Source of the DNA: a virus
Lineage: Duplodnaviria; Heunggongvirae; Uroviricota; Caudoviricetes
Virus record (IMG/VR): IMGVR_UViG_2534681674_000025
Reading direction: 5' to 3' (one strand)
Length of the DNA stretch: 35,774 nucleotides
Part shown: piece by piece, positions 24,937-34,029 of the stretch
Layout: each line of letters opens with the position of its first letter
Position numbering within the stretch: position 1 is the first letter of the stretch
Notes under the pieces: generated by a model
Told to the model about the DNA's origin: nothing
The model's database searches: none
The model's input: only the letters and a program-made list of their open reading frames with translations
Made by a program: the position numbers and the translations under genes

Positions 24937-26936
24937 CAGTGAAATACTACGCCATTCTGACTAATCAGGGCGCGGCACGACTGGCTAACGCGACGATGCT
25001 CGGCAGTAAGCTGAATCTGACGCAAATGGCCGTTGGTGATGCAAATGGTGTGTTACCAACACCAGACCCTGCACAAACAAAACTGATTAACCAGAAACGC
25101 ATTGCACCGCTGAATCTTCTGAATGTTGACCCTAACAATCAGAGCCAGATTATTGCGGAGCAAATCATCCCTGAAGACGAGGGAGGATTCTGGATCCGTG
25201 AGATTGGTCTTTATGATGATAAAGGTGTACTCATTGCGGTGGCAAACTGCCCGGAAACGTACAAACCGCAGTTGCAGGAAGGCAGTGGACGCACCCAGAC
25301 TATCCGCATGATTCTGGTTGTCACGAACACCAAAGCCATCACGCTGAAAATCGACCCGTCTGTGGTTCTGGCAACCCGCAAATATGTGGATGATAAAATC
25401 TCAAAGCACGAGCAGTCACGACGTCACCCGGACGCCTCACTGACCGCAAAAGGCTTTGTTCAACTCAGTAGCGCCACCAACAGCGATTCAGAAACGCTGG
25501 CGGCAACACCAAAGGCGGTAAAGGCAGCCTATGACCTTGCTAACGGGAAATATACCGCACAGGACGCCACGACAGCACAAAAAGGCATTGTCCAGCTCAG
25601 TAGCGCCACCAACAGCGATTCAGAAACGCTGGCGGCAACACCAAAGGCGGTAAAGGCAGCCTATGACCTTGCTAACGGGAAATATACCGCACAGGACGCC
25701 ACGACGGCACAAAAAGGAATTGTCCAGCTCAGTAGTGCAACCAACAGCACATCTGAAACGCTTGCTGCAACACCGAAAGCAGTGAAAGCAGCTAATGACA
25801 ATGCGAATGGTCGGGTACCTTCTGCCCGTAAGGTGAATGGTAAGGCGCTTTCGGCGGATATAACACTGACGCCGAAAGATATTGGTACGCTTAACTCAAC
25901 AACAATGTCATTCAGCGGTGGTGCTGGTTGGTTCAAATTAGCAACGGTAACCATGCCACAGGCGAGTTCTGTTGTTTCAATTACGTTGATTGGTGGCGCT
26001 GGATTTAACGTCGGTTCACCTCAACAGGCAGGTATATCTGAACTTGTTTTGCGTGCAGGTAATGGTAATCCGAAGGGGATTACTGGTGCTTTATGGCAGC
26101 GCACATCGACAGGGTTTACAAATTTTGCCTGGGTCAATACATCTGGTGATACTTACGATATTTACGTTGCAATCGGAAATTATGCGACTGGTGTAAATAT
26201 TCAATGGGATTATACCAGTAATGCCAGCGTGACGATTCATACGTCACCAGCATATTCTGCTAATAAGCCGGAAGGGTTAACGGACGGTACAGTTTATTCA
26301 CTCTATACGCCATCAGAGCAGTTTTATCCGCCTGGCGCACCAATCCCGTGGCCATCGGATACCGTTCCGTCTGGTTATGCCCTGATGCAGGGGCAGACTT
26401 TTGACAAATCTGCCTACCCGAAACTTGCAGCCGCTTATCCGTCAGGCGTGATCCCTGATATGCGTGGCTGGACGATTAAGGGCAAACCCGCCAGTGGCCG
26501 GGCCGTATTGTCTCAGGAACAGGACGGCATTAAATCGCACACCCACAGCGCCAGCGCATCCAATACGGATTTGGGGACGAAAACCACATCGTCGTTTGAT
26601 TACGGTACTAAAACGACCAGTTCATTTGATTACGGCACAAAAACCACAAATAGCGCAGGAGCTCATTCACACAATATACCTGTTGGTCACACTGGCGCGG
26701 GGAATGGTGTATCAGCCGGTTATAACGCTGCGTTAGGTACTGGTACCACGTCGAGCGCAGGAGAGCATGCTCACAATGTATATATCGGTGCCCATAACCA
26801 CACTATCGGCATTGGTGCTCATGCCCATTCTGTCATTATTGGTCCCCACGGACACACCATCACCGTTAATGCTACGGGGAACGCAGAAAACACCGTAAAA
26901 AACATCGCATTTAACTATATTGTGAGGCTTGCATAA
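24933..26936 (+). CDS. H: Tail fibre protein, gpH homologue (667 aa) with internal tandem repeats and His-rich C-terminal domain
   Basis: Conserved N-terminus [20 protein letters not shown]...; three 44-aa collar repeats ([23 protein letters not shown]); C-terminal [10 protein letters not shown] repeats and HxH motifs. Confidence 0.9.
   Translation: MTVKYYAILTNQGAARLANATMLGSKLNLTQMAVGDANGVLPTPDPAQTKLINQKRIAPLNLLNVDPNNQSQIIAEQIIPEDEGGFWIREIGLYDDKGVLIAVANCPETYKPQLQEGSGRTQTIRMILVVTNTKAITLKIDPSVVLATRKYVDDKISKHEQSRRHPDASLTAKGFVQLSSATNSDSETLAATPKAVKAAYDLANGKYTAQDATTAQKGIVQLSSATNSDSETLAATPKAVKAAYDLANGKYTAQDATTAQKGIVQLSSATNSTSETLAATPKAVKAANDNANGRVPSARKVNGKALSADITLTPKDIGTLNSTTMSFSGGAGWFKLATVTMPQASSVVSITLIGGAGFNVGSPQQAGISELVLRAGNGNPKGITGALWQRTSTGFTNFAWVNTSGDTYDIYVAIGNYATGVNIQWDYTSNASVTIHTSPAYSANKPEGLTDGTVYSLYTPSEQFYPPGAPIPWPSDTVPSGYALMQGQTFDKSAYPKLAAAYPSGVIPDMRGWTIKGKPASGRAVLSQEQDGIKSHTHSASASNTDLGTKTTSSFDYGTKTTSSFDYGTKTTNSAGAHSHNIPVGHTGAGNGVSAGYNAALGTGTTSSAGEHAHNVYIGAHNHTIGIGAHAHSVIIGPHGHTITVNATGNAENTVKNIAFNYIVRLA
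25455..25810 (+). repeat. Tandem 132-bp coding repeats inside H (two near-identical copies plus a diverged third)
   Basis: Copy 1 at 25455-25586 and copy 2 at 25587-25718 are nearly identical at DNA level; copy 3 (25719-25810) is diverged. Confidence 0.85.
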
Positions 26937-27514
26937 TGACATTCAGAATGAGTGAACAATCACGGACCATAAAAATTTATAATCTACTGACCGGAACCAA
27001 TGAGTTTATTGGTGAAGGTGATGCATACATTTCACCTCATACAGGTCTGCCTGCAAACAGTACCGATATTGCCCCGCCAGATATTCCGGCTGGCTTCGTG
27101 GCCGTTTTCAACAGTGATGAGGCATCGTGGCATCTCGTTGAAGACCATCGGGGTAAAACGGTTTATGACGTGGCATCAGGGGACTCGTTATTTATTTCTG
27201 AACTCGGTCCGTTACCGGAAAATGTTACCTGGTTGTCGCCGTATGGAGAGTATCAGAAGTGGAACGGCACATCCTGGGTGAAAGATGCAGAAGCAGAAAA
27301 ACTATTTCGGATAAGGGAGGCGGAAGAAACAAAAAACAGCCTGATGCAGGTAGCCAGTGAGCATATTGCACCACTTCAGGATGCTATAGATTTAGATATT
27401 GCGACGGAGGAAGAGACATCGTTACTGGCTGCATGGAAGACATATCGAGTATTGTTGCATCGTGTTGATACAACAGTAGCAGCAGATATTGAGTGGCCAG
27501 TCGCCCCACAATAA
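26936..27514 (+). CDS. G: Tail fibre assembly chaperone, gpG/Tfa homologue (192 aa)
   Basis: Directly downstream of H with TAATG overlap; size near P2 gpG. Confidence 0.85.
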   Translation: MTFRMSEQSRTIKIYNLLTGTNEFIGEGDAYISPHTGLPANSTDIAPPDIPAGFVAVFNSDEASWHLVEDHRGKTVYDVASGDSLFISELGPLPENVTWLSPYGEYQKWNGTSWVKDAEAEKLFRIREAEETKNSLMQVASEHIAPLQDAIDLDIATEEETSLLAAWKTYRVLLHRVDTTVAADIEWPVAPQ

Positions 27515-27520
27515 AAAGAA

Positions 27521-27550
27521 AAAGCCATCGATAGAAATATCGATGGCTTT
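27521..27550. terminator. Bidirectional rho-independent terminator between convergent G and acetyltransferase genes
   Basis: Perfect 13-bp stem AAAGCCATCGATA / TATCGATGGCTTT with GAAA loop; T-rich tail on the minus strand. Confidence 0.7.
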
Positions 27551-27557
27551 ATGTACT

Positions 27558-28130
27558 CTATTTATACAATACAGCACCGCTCTTTTTAGTTATATATGTG
27601 CAGTTCGATGGTATATCTTTATTTATAAAAGACATTGCACCTATTTTTACATTATCCCCAATTTTACGGGATAATCCAATGATGCAACAATTAGCTCCGA
27701 TATCAACGTTGCTACCAATTTTTACTCTTGAACCAGGTATGTCACCATCTATCTGTCCAATGGTCGTATTCTGTCGTAACACCAGATTTTCACCAGCATC
27801 AACAGCAAAATGAACAACAATTCCAGCATGATGGGGAATTGTTAACCCTTTTCCAATATTTGCGCCCAATCCAATTTCGCAACCAAATTTGTTAATTATT
27901 TTACTGTTTAACTTCTTGGCTGCTTTCTTATGTAATTTATTACCATTAATATACATTTCGTTAGCCAACCGCCACCAGAAAAGGAAATTCCTGTTACGCT
28001 GCTTTTTCTCTCTTAAAAGCCTCCAGATATCCATACGTTTCCGCCGAATTACTTCATGTTTCCAGAAGTTTTTTAAATTAGTAGAGTTCCCAAATAAAAC
28101 AAAGTGAATTGCCATTAGGTAAGACAGCAC
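27558..28130 (-). CDS. Hexapeptide-repeat (left-handed beta-helix) acetyltransferase, CysE/NodL/NeuO-like, in an AT-rich island (190 aa from GTG 28130; longest ORF to 28163)
   Basis: Hexapeptide repeats (IGANIGKGLTIPHHAGIVV, IGSNVDIGANCCIIG, IGDNVKIGAMSFI); RBS AAGGAG 6 nt before GTG; strongly AT-rich relative to flanking phage genes. Confidence 0.8.
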   Translation of the reverse strand: MLSYLMAIHFVLFGNSTNLKNFWKHEVIRRKRMDIWRLLREKKQRNRNFLFWWRLANEMYINGNKLHKKAAKKLNSKIINKFGCEIGLGANIGKGLTIPHHAGIVVHFAVDAGENLVLRQNTTIGQIDGDIPGSRVKIGSNVDIGANCCIIGLSRKIGDNVKIGAMSFINKDIPSNCTYITKKSGAVLYK

Positions 28131-28286
28131 GATAATCTCCTTAATTATTATTTCAGACCACACATGTTATAAGGTTAAGAGATTATAAAATCCTGTTGTT
28201 TATTATTCAAAAACAATTTTCTGAGAAGGACATACAACAGCAAGTCGCCAGTCACCTTCATCAGGAAATTGGCGACATACGTTAAA

Positions 28287-28781
28287 TCAGAGCAGCCCCT
28301 TAACTGAGCTGGCCGCGCTATTAAGGGATGATGTCACCTTATCTTTGAAGCCGGACAACATATCGCTGAACGATGAGGATTGCAGGCGCTCCCGCAAATC
28401 CTCATCACAGCGTTCAAGAGTCAGTGAAAATTCTATCTTTTTCGCCTTACCGTAGCGATCAAACTCGGAACGGGTCGTATTCGTTTCAGTCAGTACATAC
28501 ATGCCGTAAATCTGCCCGACACCATCAATCAGAGGCCAGGGCCGTCCTGTATATGCCTGCGTGGTCAGCAATGAAAGCGACACTTCGCCACCTGTAATTT
28601 CAGGATAAAGCACGCCGGAAAGCACAATGAGATCATCACCTGCACCGATATACTGCCAGCTTGCTGAACGGTTAACGCGTTCATTTTTCACATGCCGCCA
28701 GCTTTTGTTTTGCTGTAACTGCTGATGCGGCAATGTGCGCAGCTCAAAAACAAACATGCCGTAGATCATCATCATGACCAT
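28287..28781 (-). CDS. U: Tail protein U homologue (164 aa)
   Basis: SWRH...LSGVLYPEITGGEVSLSLL...RSEF matches gpU as recalled; follows the tape-measure gene. Confidence 0.85.
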   Translation of the reverse strand: MVMMMIYGMFVFELRTLPHQQLQQNKSWRHVKNERVNRSASWQYIGAGDDLIVLSGVLYPEITGGEVSLSLLTTQAYTGRPWPLIDGVGQIYGMYVLTETNTTRSEFDRYGKAKKIEFSLTLERCDEDLRERLQSSSFSDMLSGFKDKVTSSLNSAASSVKGLL

Positions 28782-28787
28782 GACTCC

Positions 28788-31631
28788 TCAATCTTTATCG
28801 TAAAAACTGCCACGTCCGGCACGGGCGCGCCGTTCCATCTCTGCCCTGACCATTTCACCGACCAGTTTCGCCAGTTCGCGGGGATTCTGCGTAACAACGT
28901 TATGCAGATGAACATGAATTTCACCGCAAAATCCGGAGACAGCAGGCTCCCGGTTACGGGAAGTTGCAGGAACTGATGCCACTGGCGATCGTATGGCCTC
29001 CGCCACCGGGCGGGAGCTGGCCGCAACAACAGGGACCAGCGCCGGAGGCAGCGGAGCCGAGACCACGGGTGTGATATTAATTGCGGGGGCAGGCTTACTG
29101 ACCTGCGCAATCTTCCGCTCCTGCCACTCCCCACGAACAGCAAGTGCGCGGGGCAGGTTCTTAAAGACAATATCGCCGGGGCCAATGCGTTTTTTCGTCT
29201 CATCAACCAGCTTACCTGTGTTATCAGCAATTTTGCTGAGTCTGCGTAGCGTCCCGGTATTGCTGTCTGTGAGCGGTTTGTTGTCTTTGGGTTTATCACC
29301 TCCGGTGCCATTGCCATTTTCCACAGGCTTCGGCGGATTGATTTTCGCCAGGTCCCCCTGAAGCAAGGCAACCTTGTCCTGAAGAATGGCCGCACGCTGT
29401 GCGTCTTCGATTTTCTTGCGCGCCCTTTCCGCTTCATCCGGAAGGACACCAAGTTTTTCAAGTATCCACGCCAGCGTATCCAGTAGCATTTTTGCAGGTG
29501 TCAGAACAAGTTGTAACGCACCGCCAAGAACGTTACCGAATACCTCGCCAGCACTGGTGCATTTATCCAGCGTTTCCTTGCTGGACTCCATCGGTGACAA
29601 CAGCGATTTAAACCAGTTAAACACCAGGCTGATCCCGCTTCCGATTGCGTCAAAAACAGGGCCAAACCGTTCAAAGGTTTCACGCAACGGGGTCAGCCTT
29701 TCCATAATCCCGCTGAACACCCCGGCAAAAAATGCCCTGATGGGATCCCAGTATTTCCAGATAAGAACGGCAGCTCCGGCAAGCGCAGCCACGATAAGAC
29801 CAACCGGACTGAACAGCGCCCCGATAGCGCCACCCAGCAAAGAAACAGAACCCGTCACCATTCCCCACAGCGCAGGCAACACCCTGATGACATTCATTGA
29901 CCGGGTAAGAATGTCGAAACCAAGACGCAAGGTGGCCAGCTTCCCGTAAAGCACCCCAATAACCAGCGACAACGAGCCAATCGTTGCAGTCATTGCCAGC
30001 AACGCACCGCCTGCTATCAGTAGCTGGCGCGTCAGTACCGGATGGGCCTGCGCCAGCGAGGTGATTTTTTCAAGCACCCGCGTGAGCCACTGCGTGACAG
30101 AACGCAGCGGACCGTCAACCAGATCACTGATGCGAATACGAAGACCTTCCCATGCGCTGTCGAGATTTTTCAGGTCTCCATCAAGATTATCGGCCATTAC
30201 TTTTGCAACGCGATCGGCCTCTCCCCTTGCCCCCTGCAATTCTCTGGTCAGTTTTTGCAGTTCTCCTGAACCAGCCGCCGCAACAAGCGTCTGCAAACCA
30301 ACGAACGCCTCTTCTCCGGCGATGTCCTTGAAGAAGGAGACCTGGTCCACCTGTCCGTATTTTTGTGTCGCCTTATAGAGATCAAGCAGCACATCCTCCA
30401 TCGGGCGCATTTTGCCTCTGGCGTCAGCAACTGACACCCCCAGCTCTTTCAGTGCATCAGCCGCAGCTTTTGGCGGTGATGCAAGGCGGGACAGACTTGC
30501 GCGCATGGCCGTACCAGCATCGCTTCCGCGAAGACCATTATTGGCAAGCATCCCGGCCATGGCCGCCGCTTCTTCAAGACTGATACCAAGTTTTGCGGCA
30601 ACCGGACCGGTATACTTCATGGTTTCGCCCAGCGCGCGTAAATCAGTATTGGTCCGGGTGAATGCTGCTGTCAGCGTATCGCCAACCCGGTCCATTTGAT
30701 CGGCTGTCAGGTTGAACTGTGTGAGGATATTGGAGCCTATATCAGCCGTCTCGCCGAGTTCGACGCCACCTGCCAGCGCCATATTAAGAACACCGGGCAA
30801 TGCGGCCTGAATGGCCTGCGGAGTAAAACCAGCCATTGCCAGAAAGCTCTGCCCACTGGCGGCATCACTCGCAGTAAACTGTGTTTCAGAACCAAGTTTT
30901 AACGCCTGCTCACGCAGCGCCTTAAACTGCGGGCTGTTTTTGTCGATTCGCGTCAGTGCCTGAACGCGGGACATCTCTTTGCCGAACCCGATCGCAGGCT
31001 GCAAAAAACGCCCGGCGGCATAGCCGCCAGCCGCTGCAGCACCAATTGCCAGCGCACCACCTGTTTTCAGTTTTCCCGCGGTTTCCTGCGCGCGCGAATA
31101 CCGCTCACGCGCCCGCGTTACACGCGCAAGCGCCTGCCGTTCGCGTTCAAGCTGGTTGTTGTACTGTTCGGTGCGTCTGATGGCCTGCTGGATGGTGTTA
31201 TCGCTGCCTGTCAGGGAAATGCCGTGGCGTTTCAGCTCTCCGCCAAGCTCCCGCATTTTCTGAATTTCCCGTGTGCGCGATTCATTCAGGCGTTCAAGCC
31301 GGGTGCTTAACTGCTGCATCAGCTTTTGTTGTTTTTCGCTGAGCACTGTACCCGTGCGTTGTAACTGATTAAGGGCGTTAAGCTGGCGTCGTGCTTTCAC
31401 GATGCCAGCATCCGCTTTACTGACAGCGTCACGGGCGCGCTCAAATGAACGCGCCTGACGCTCGAGATTTTTGATCGCCCCCTGCGTTCGCTGGATGGAG
31501 TCACCAAACTGCCCCATCAGGCGGCGGGCGTTTTCGGCAGGCCGGGTCAGCCTGTCAACGGCGCTGAAAGCGACCCGGATATCAAGAGTCTTCATTATCT
31601 GCATTCCCGCTGCGAAGTGCCGCCCGCTCAC
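28788..31631 (-). CDS. T: Tail tape measure protein, gpT homologue (start uncertain; 947 aa from longest ORF)
   Basis: Large alpha-helical, Ala/Gly-rich protein between the tail chaperone and U genes. Confidence 0.9.
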   Translation of the reverse strand: MSGRHFAAGMQIMKTLDIRVAFSAVDRLTRPAENARRLMGQFGDSIQRTQGAIKNLERQARSFERARDAVSKADAGIVKARRQLNALNQLQRTGTVLSEKQQKLMQQLSTRLERLNESRTREIQKMRELGGELKRHGISLTGSDNTIQQAIRRTEQYNNQLERERQALARVTRARERYSRAQETAGKLKTGGALAIGAAAAGGYAAGRFLQPAIGFGKEMSRVQALTRIDKNSPQFKALREQALKLGSETQFTASDAASGQSFLAMAGFTPQAIQAALPGVLNMALAGGVELGETADIGSNILTQFNLTADQMDRVGDTLTAAFTRTNTDLRALGETMKYTGPVAAKLGISLEEAAAMAGMLANNGLRGSDAGTAMRASLSRLASPPKAAADALKELGVSVADARGKMRPMEDVLLDLYKATQKYGQVDQVSFFKDIAGEEAFVGLQTLVAAAGSGELQKLTRELQGARGEADRVAKVMADNLDGDLKNLDSAWEGLRIRISDLVDGPLRSVTQWLTRVLEKITSLAQAHPVLTRQLLIAGGALLAMTATIGSLSLVIGVLYGKLATLRLGFDILTRSMNVIRVLPALWGMVTGSVSLLGGAIGALFSPVGLIVAALAGAAVLIWKYWDPIRAFFAGVFSGIMERLTPLRETFERFGPVFDAIGSGISLVFNWFKSLLSPMESSKETLDKCTSAGEVFGNVLGGALQLVLTPAKMLLDTLAWILEKLGVLPDEAERARKKIEDAQRAAILQDKVALLQGDLAKINPPKPVENGNGTGGDKPKDNKPLTDSNTGTLRRLSKIADNTGKLVDETKKRIGPGDIVFKNLPRALAVRGEWQERKIAQVSKPAPAINITPVVSAPLPPALVPVVAASSRPVAEAIRSPVASVPATSRNREPAVSGFCGEIHVHLHNVVTQNPRELAKLVGEMVRAEMERRARAGRGSFYDKD

Positions 31632-32120
31632 GCCAGCTAACCACTTCGCCGGGCGTCATCATGAAGATTTCGGCGGGCGACCAGTTAAAAATGGCGGCAA
31701 TATCCGCCACCAGATCTTCGATGTGCTCAAAGCACACCAGAGTGATTACGCTGCCGTCTCCTGCACGCTCTTCGCGCCAGAGTCTGGCTCGCTCATAAAA
31801 TTTACAGCCACTGCGCACAACTGAATAAAATCGCGTGACGACATTTTTTTAATCATCACTTCATCCAGTCGTGGCGAGGTCACGCGAGGCAACAGCGTAA
31901 ACATGGTATCCGCTTTCAGATTCAGCACATCAGACAGCGACAGACCACGCAGGGATCCAGCCTGCTCAATAGCCCCGGTGATCTCCACATACGTGATTTT
32001 TTCGCCACCACGCTCAATTGGTCGGGTCAGTTTTACGCCACGTTCGACAGCCATATCCTCACCTGCCGTCACATCATCCGCCACGGTGTTATTCCGGGTT
32101 TCAGTATCGATGTCTTTCAT
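31582..32120 (-). CDS. gpE+E' fusion product made by programmed -1 ribosomal frameshift (E frame to about 31845, then -1 frame to 31585)
   Basis: -1 frame ORF (31582-31848) overlaps the E 3' end; the shift must occur on the A7 run because a TAA lies in the -1 frame immediately upstream. Confidence 0.6.
31746..32120 (-). CDS. E: Tail assembly chaperone gpE homologue (likely start at 32054, about 102 aa)
   Basis: Position between the tube and tape-measure genes; contains a slippery A-run near its 3' end with an overlapping -1 frame ORF. Confidence 0.8.
   Translation of the reverse strand: MKDIDTETRNNTVADDVTAGEDMAVERGVKLTRPIERGGEKITYVEITGAIEQAGSLRGLSLSDVLNLKADTMFTLLPRVTSPRLDEVMIKKMSSRDFIQLCAVAVNFMSEPDSGAKSVQETAA
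31844..31850 (-). promoter_or_regulatory. Slippery sequence (A7 on the coding strand) for the E/E' -1 frameshift
   Basis: AAAAAAA within codons ATT AAA AAA ATG of E; conserved tail-chaperone frameshift logic. Confidence 0.55.
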
Positions 32121-32175
32121 CAGTTGTCTCCTTTTCAGTCAAAGGCGACGCACTGCGCCGCCTGCATATTACTTA

Positions 32176-32688
32176 TCAGCCAAGCCCAAGCGCGGAACGG
32201 ATACGGTCAGGCACAATGTCCTTGCCGTCCTTCCGGTAGATGTGGTTCAACAGGTCGATTTCCCACAGCGGGCGATCGTTAACGCTCAGCTTGTAGTAGG
32301 TGTTTTTGACAGCGTAAGTGTGTGATGTGGCTTCGCCCTGTTTGGCTTCCCCCATATCAATTTCCGTCACACGCCCGCGCATCTCGATTTCATACAGATC
32401 GCTTTCTGCATCGGTGTAGTATTCACCCGCAAAACGCAGCAGCGTGCCGTCAATCGTGCCGCCATATTTAAGGAACAGCGCACGAACAGCTCCCCCCATG
32501 ACAAAACTCGCATCAAGCGCGGAGTCGTCCAGACCGAGATCAATACTTACCGCCCCCATCATGCCACCACCACGATAGCTGTCGGTTTTGCGCGTCAGTT
32601 TGGGCGGCGTGACGGATGTCACTTTACCCACTTCGTTTTCACCATCCACAAACAACGTAAAAAAGCGAAGATGTTTTGGTACAGCCAT
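32176..32688 (-). CDS. FII: Tail tube protein, gpFII homologue (170 aa)
   Basis: Size matches P2 FII (172 aa); directly downstream of the sheath gene. Confidence 0.9.
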   Translation of the reverse strand: MAVPKHLRFFTLFVDGENEVGKVTSVTPPKLTRKTDSYRGGGMMGAVSIDLGLDDSALDASFVMGGAVRALFLKYGGTIDGTLLRFAGEYYTDAESDLYEIEMRGRVTEIDMGEAKQGEATSHTYAVKNTYYKLSVNDRPLWEIDLLNHIYRKDGKDIVPDRIRSALGLG

Positions 32689-33872
32689 CAGGCACCTCCC
32701 AGCACCGCAAATGCGGGACCAAAGAATTCATCAGTAAACGTCTGGTAAAGCTCCATGTCTTCCAGCGGGGGAACAGGCGTATATTTGTAGCGAATACGCA
32801 CACGTCCCTGACGTAAATTCGTGGTGCCGTTATCCACCACGTCATACCAGCACTCCGCACCAATCAGTTTCCCGGCAGTAACCAGCGAATCCAGTTTTGC
32901 CCTGATGGCGCTGATAACATCCTTCACATTCGCAGGTGTCAGTGGACTGTCGATGGTTTCAAACTGCGCTTCCGCAATTGAATCAGCCAGCACCTGTGCG
33001 GTTCGGGTATACACCTCAAAGATGTAGGCGTTCGTTTCCGGTGTGCGGTTGCCCCAGAAGCGGAACCCGTTGCGACGAATAATGGTCGTGATTTCTTTGT
33101 TGTTGAGGCTATTGGCATCGCTGTCTTCGGCCTGCAACGACCAGAACACATGCCTGGACATTCCCAGCACATTTTTAACCGGAACGTTGGACAGCGATTT
33201 GTGCCAGCCCTGCTCATGGTCAATGTACGCACGAAGGCCGCACGCATAAGCAGGCGCGGGGAACGTTTCGTTTTTGCCACTTTTCGGGTTGTAGGCGATG
33301 AAGTCCGGCCATAAGAGCATCACCTCACGTTCGTTGAATTTCTGGCGGTAGGTAATCGCCTCAGCCATCGTGTTACAGCCGTGACATGAGGCATACACAA
33401 ACGCGCGCAGTTTACCTGCAATCACGCACAGGGATTTTGTTACAGCCTCCGTGTCCAGCTCCGGCGCGGCCAGAATACGCGGACGGTATCCGATGCTTTC
33501 ATCCTGCTCTGCAACAAGCAGCGCATACATCCCCGTATAGCTGCCGTCATCCTCAGAACCACCGATAACCAGTTGATCCTGCGTCTTTCCGTCTTCTTCT
33601 TTGTGTTCAGCCACGCGAACGACGATCACCTTTGTGCTCACCTGGTCTGCGATGGCCTTAAGCGCACGATAAAGCGTCCCCGTTGTCCCGCATTTTCCCA
33701 GCACGTCATTGACGCGGGTCAGCAGTGTGGGCTTATTCAGCGGGAACAGCTTCGCGTCCGCATCATCCGCCGTTGCCACGATACCGATAACGCTGGAATC
33801 AACATCGTTAATCGCTGTTACCAGGTCGGTATTTTCCGTAACACGGGCACCATGAAAACGAGTTTCACTCAT
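32688..33872 (-). CDS. FI: Contractile tail sheath protein, gpFI homologue (394 aa)
   Basis: FPLNKP, KLRAF.Y, WPDF, EQGWHK.LSNV, IRR.GFRFWGNRT, YTPVPPLE motifs match P2 FI as recalled. Confidence 0.92.
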   Translation of the reverse strand: MSETRFHGARVTENTDLVTAINDVDSSVIGIVATADDADAKLFPLNKPTLLTRVNDVLGKCGTTGTLYRALKAIADQVSTKVIVVRVAEHKEEDGKTQDQLVIGGSEDDGSYTGMYALLVAEQDESIGYRPRILAAPELDTEAVTKSLCVIAGKLRAFVYASCHGCNTMAEAITYRQKFNEREVMLLWPDFIAYNPKSGKNETFPAPAYACGLRAYIDHEQGWHKSLSNVPVKNVLGMSRHVFWSLQAEDSDANSLNNKEITTIIRRNGFRFWGNRTPETNAYIFEVYTRTAQVLADSIAEAQFETIDSPLTPANVKDVISAIRAKLDSLVTAGKLIGAECWYDVVDNGTTNLRQGRVRIRYKYTPVPPLEDMELYQTFTDEFFGPAFAVLGGA

Positions 33873-34029
33873 AGCTTCAGCCCCTTGTATCCGTTAAATG
33901 ATTCGGCAACAATCATCACCCACCACGTGCGTAATCTCACCCCTGCGCCGTTCTCCCGCCACGGCGACAACAAAAAGCAGTAACCCCCTCCGCACGCACA
34001 TGCGACCATGCCGCACAGGGAGGGAACAG
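33873..34029. promoter_or_regulatory. Divergent promoter region between FI (-) and D (+) with candidate late-activator site
   Basis: GTTCT-N12-ACAACAAAAAG at 33950-33977, same motif, spacing and orientation as the site between P and O (14605-14631). Confidence 0.4.

Noticed and set aside
25455-25810. Possible CRISPR-like or VNTR array
   Set aside because: The repeats are in-frame coding repeats of the tail-fibre collar domain with no spacer structure and no cas genes in the window.
28788-29461. Antisense and alternative-frame ORFs within the tape-measure gene (including 28993-29361 and 29386-29949)
   Set aside because: Embedded in a strongly supported long gene; compositional artefacts of Ala/Gly-rich coding sequence.
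28276-33900. Short motifs CAGCCCCTT and CGTTAAAT present at both boundaries of the inverted tail block
   Set aside because: They are direct rather than inverted repeats, occur in swapped order, and are only 8-9 bp long; one copy encodes the U C-terminus and the other is the FI RBS. Most likely chance, not recombination sites.
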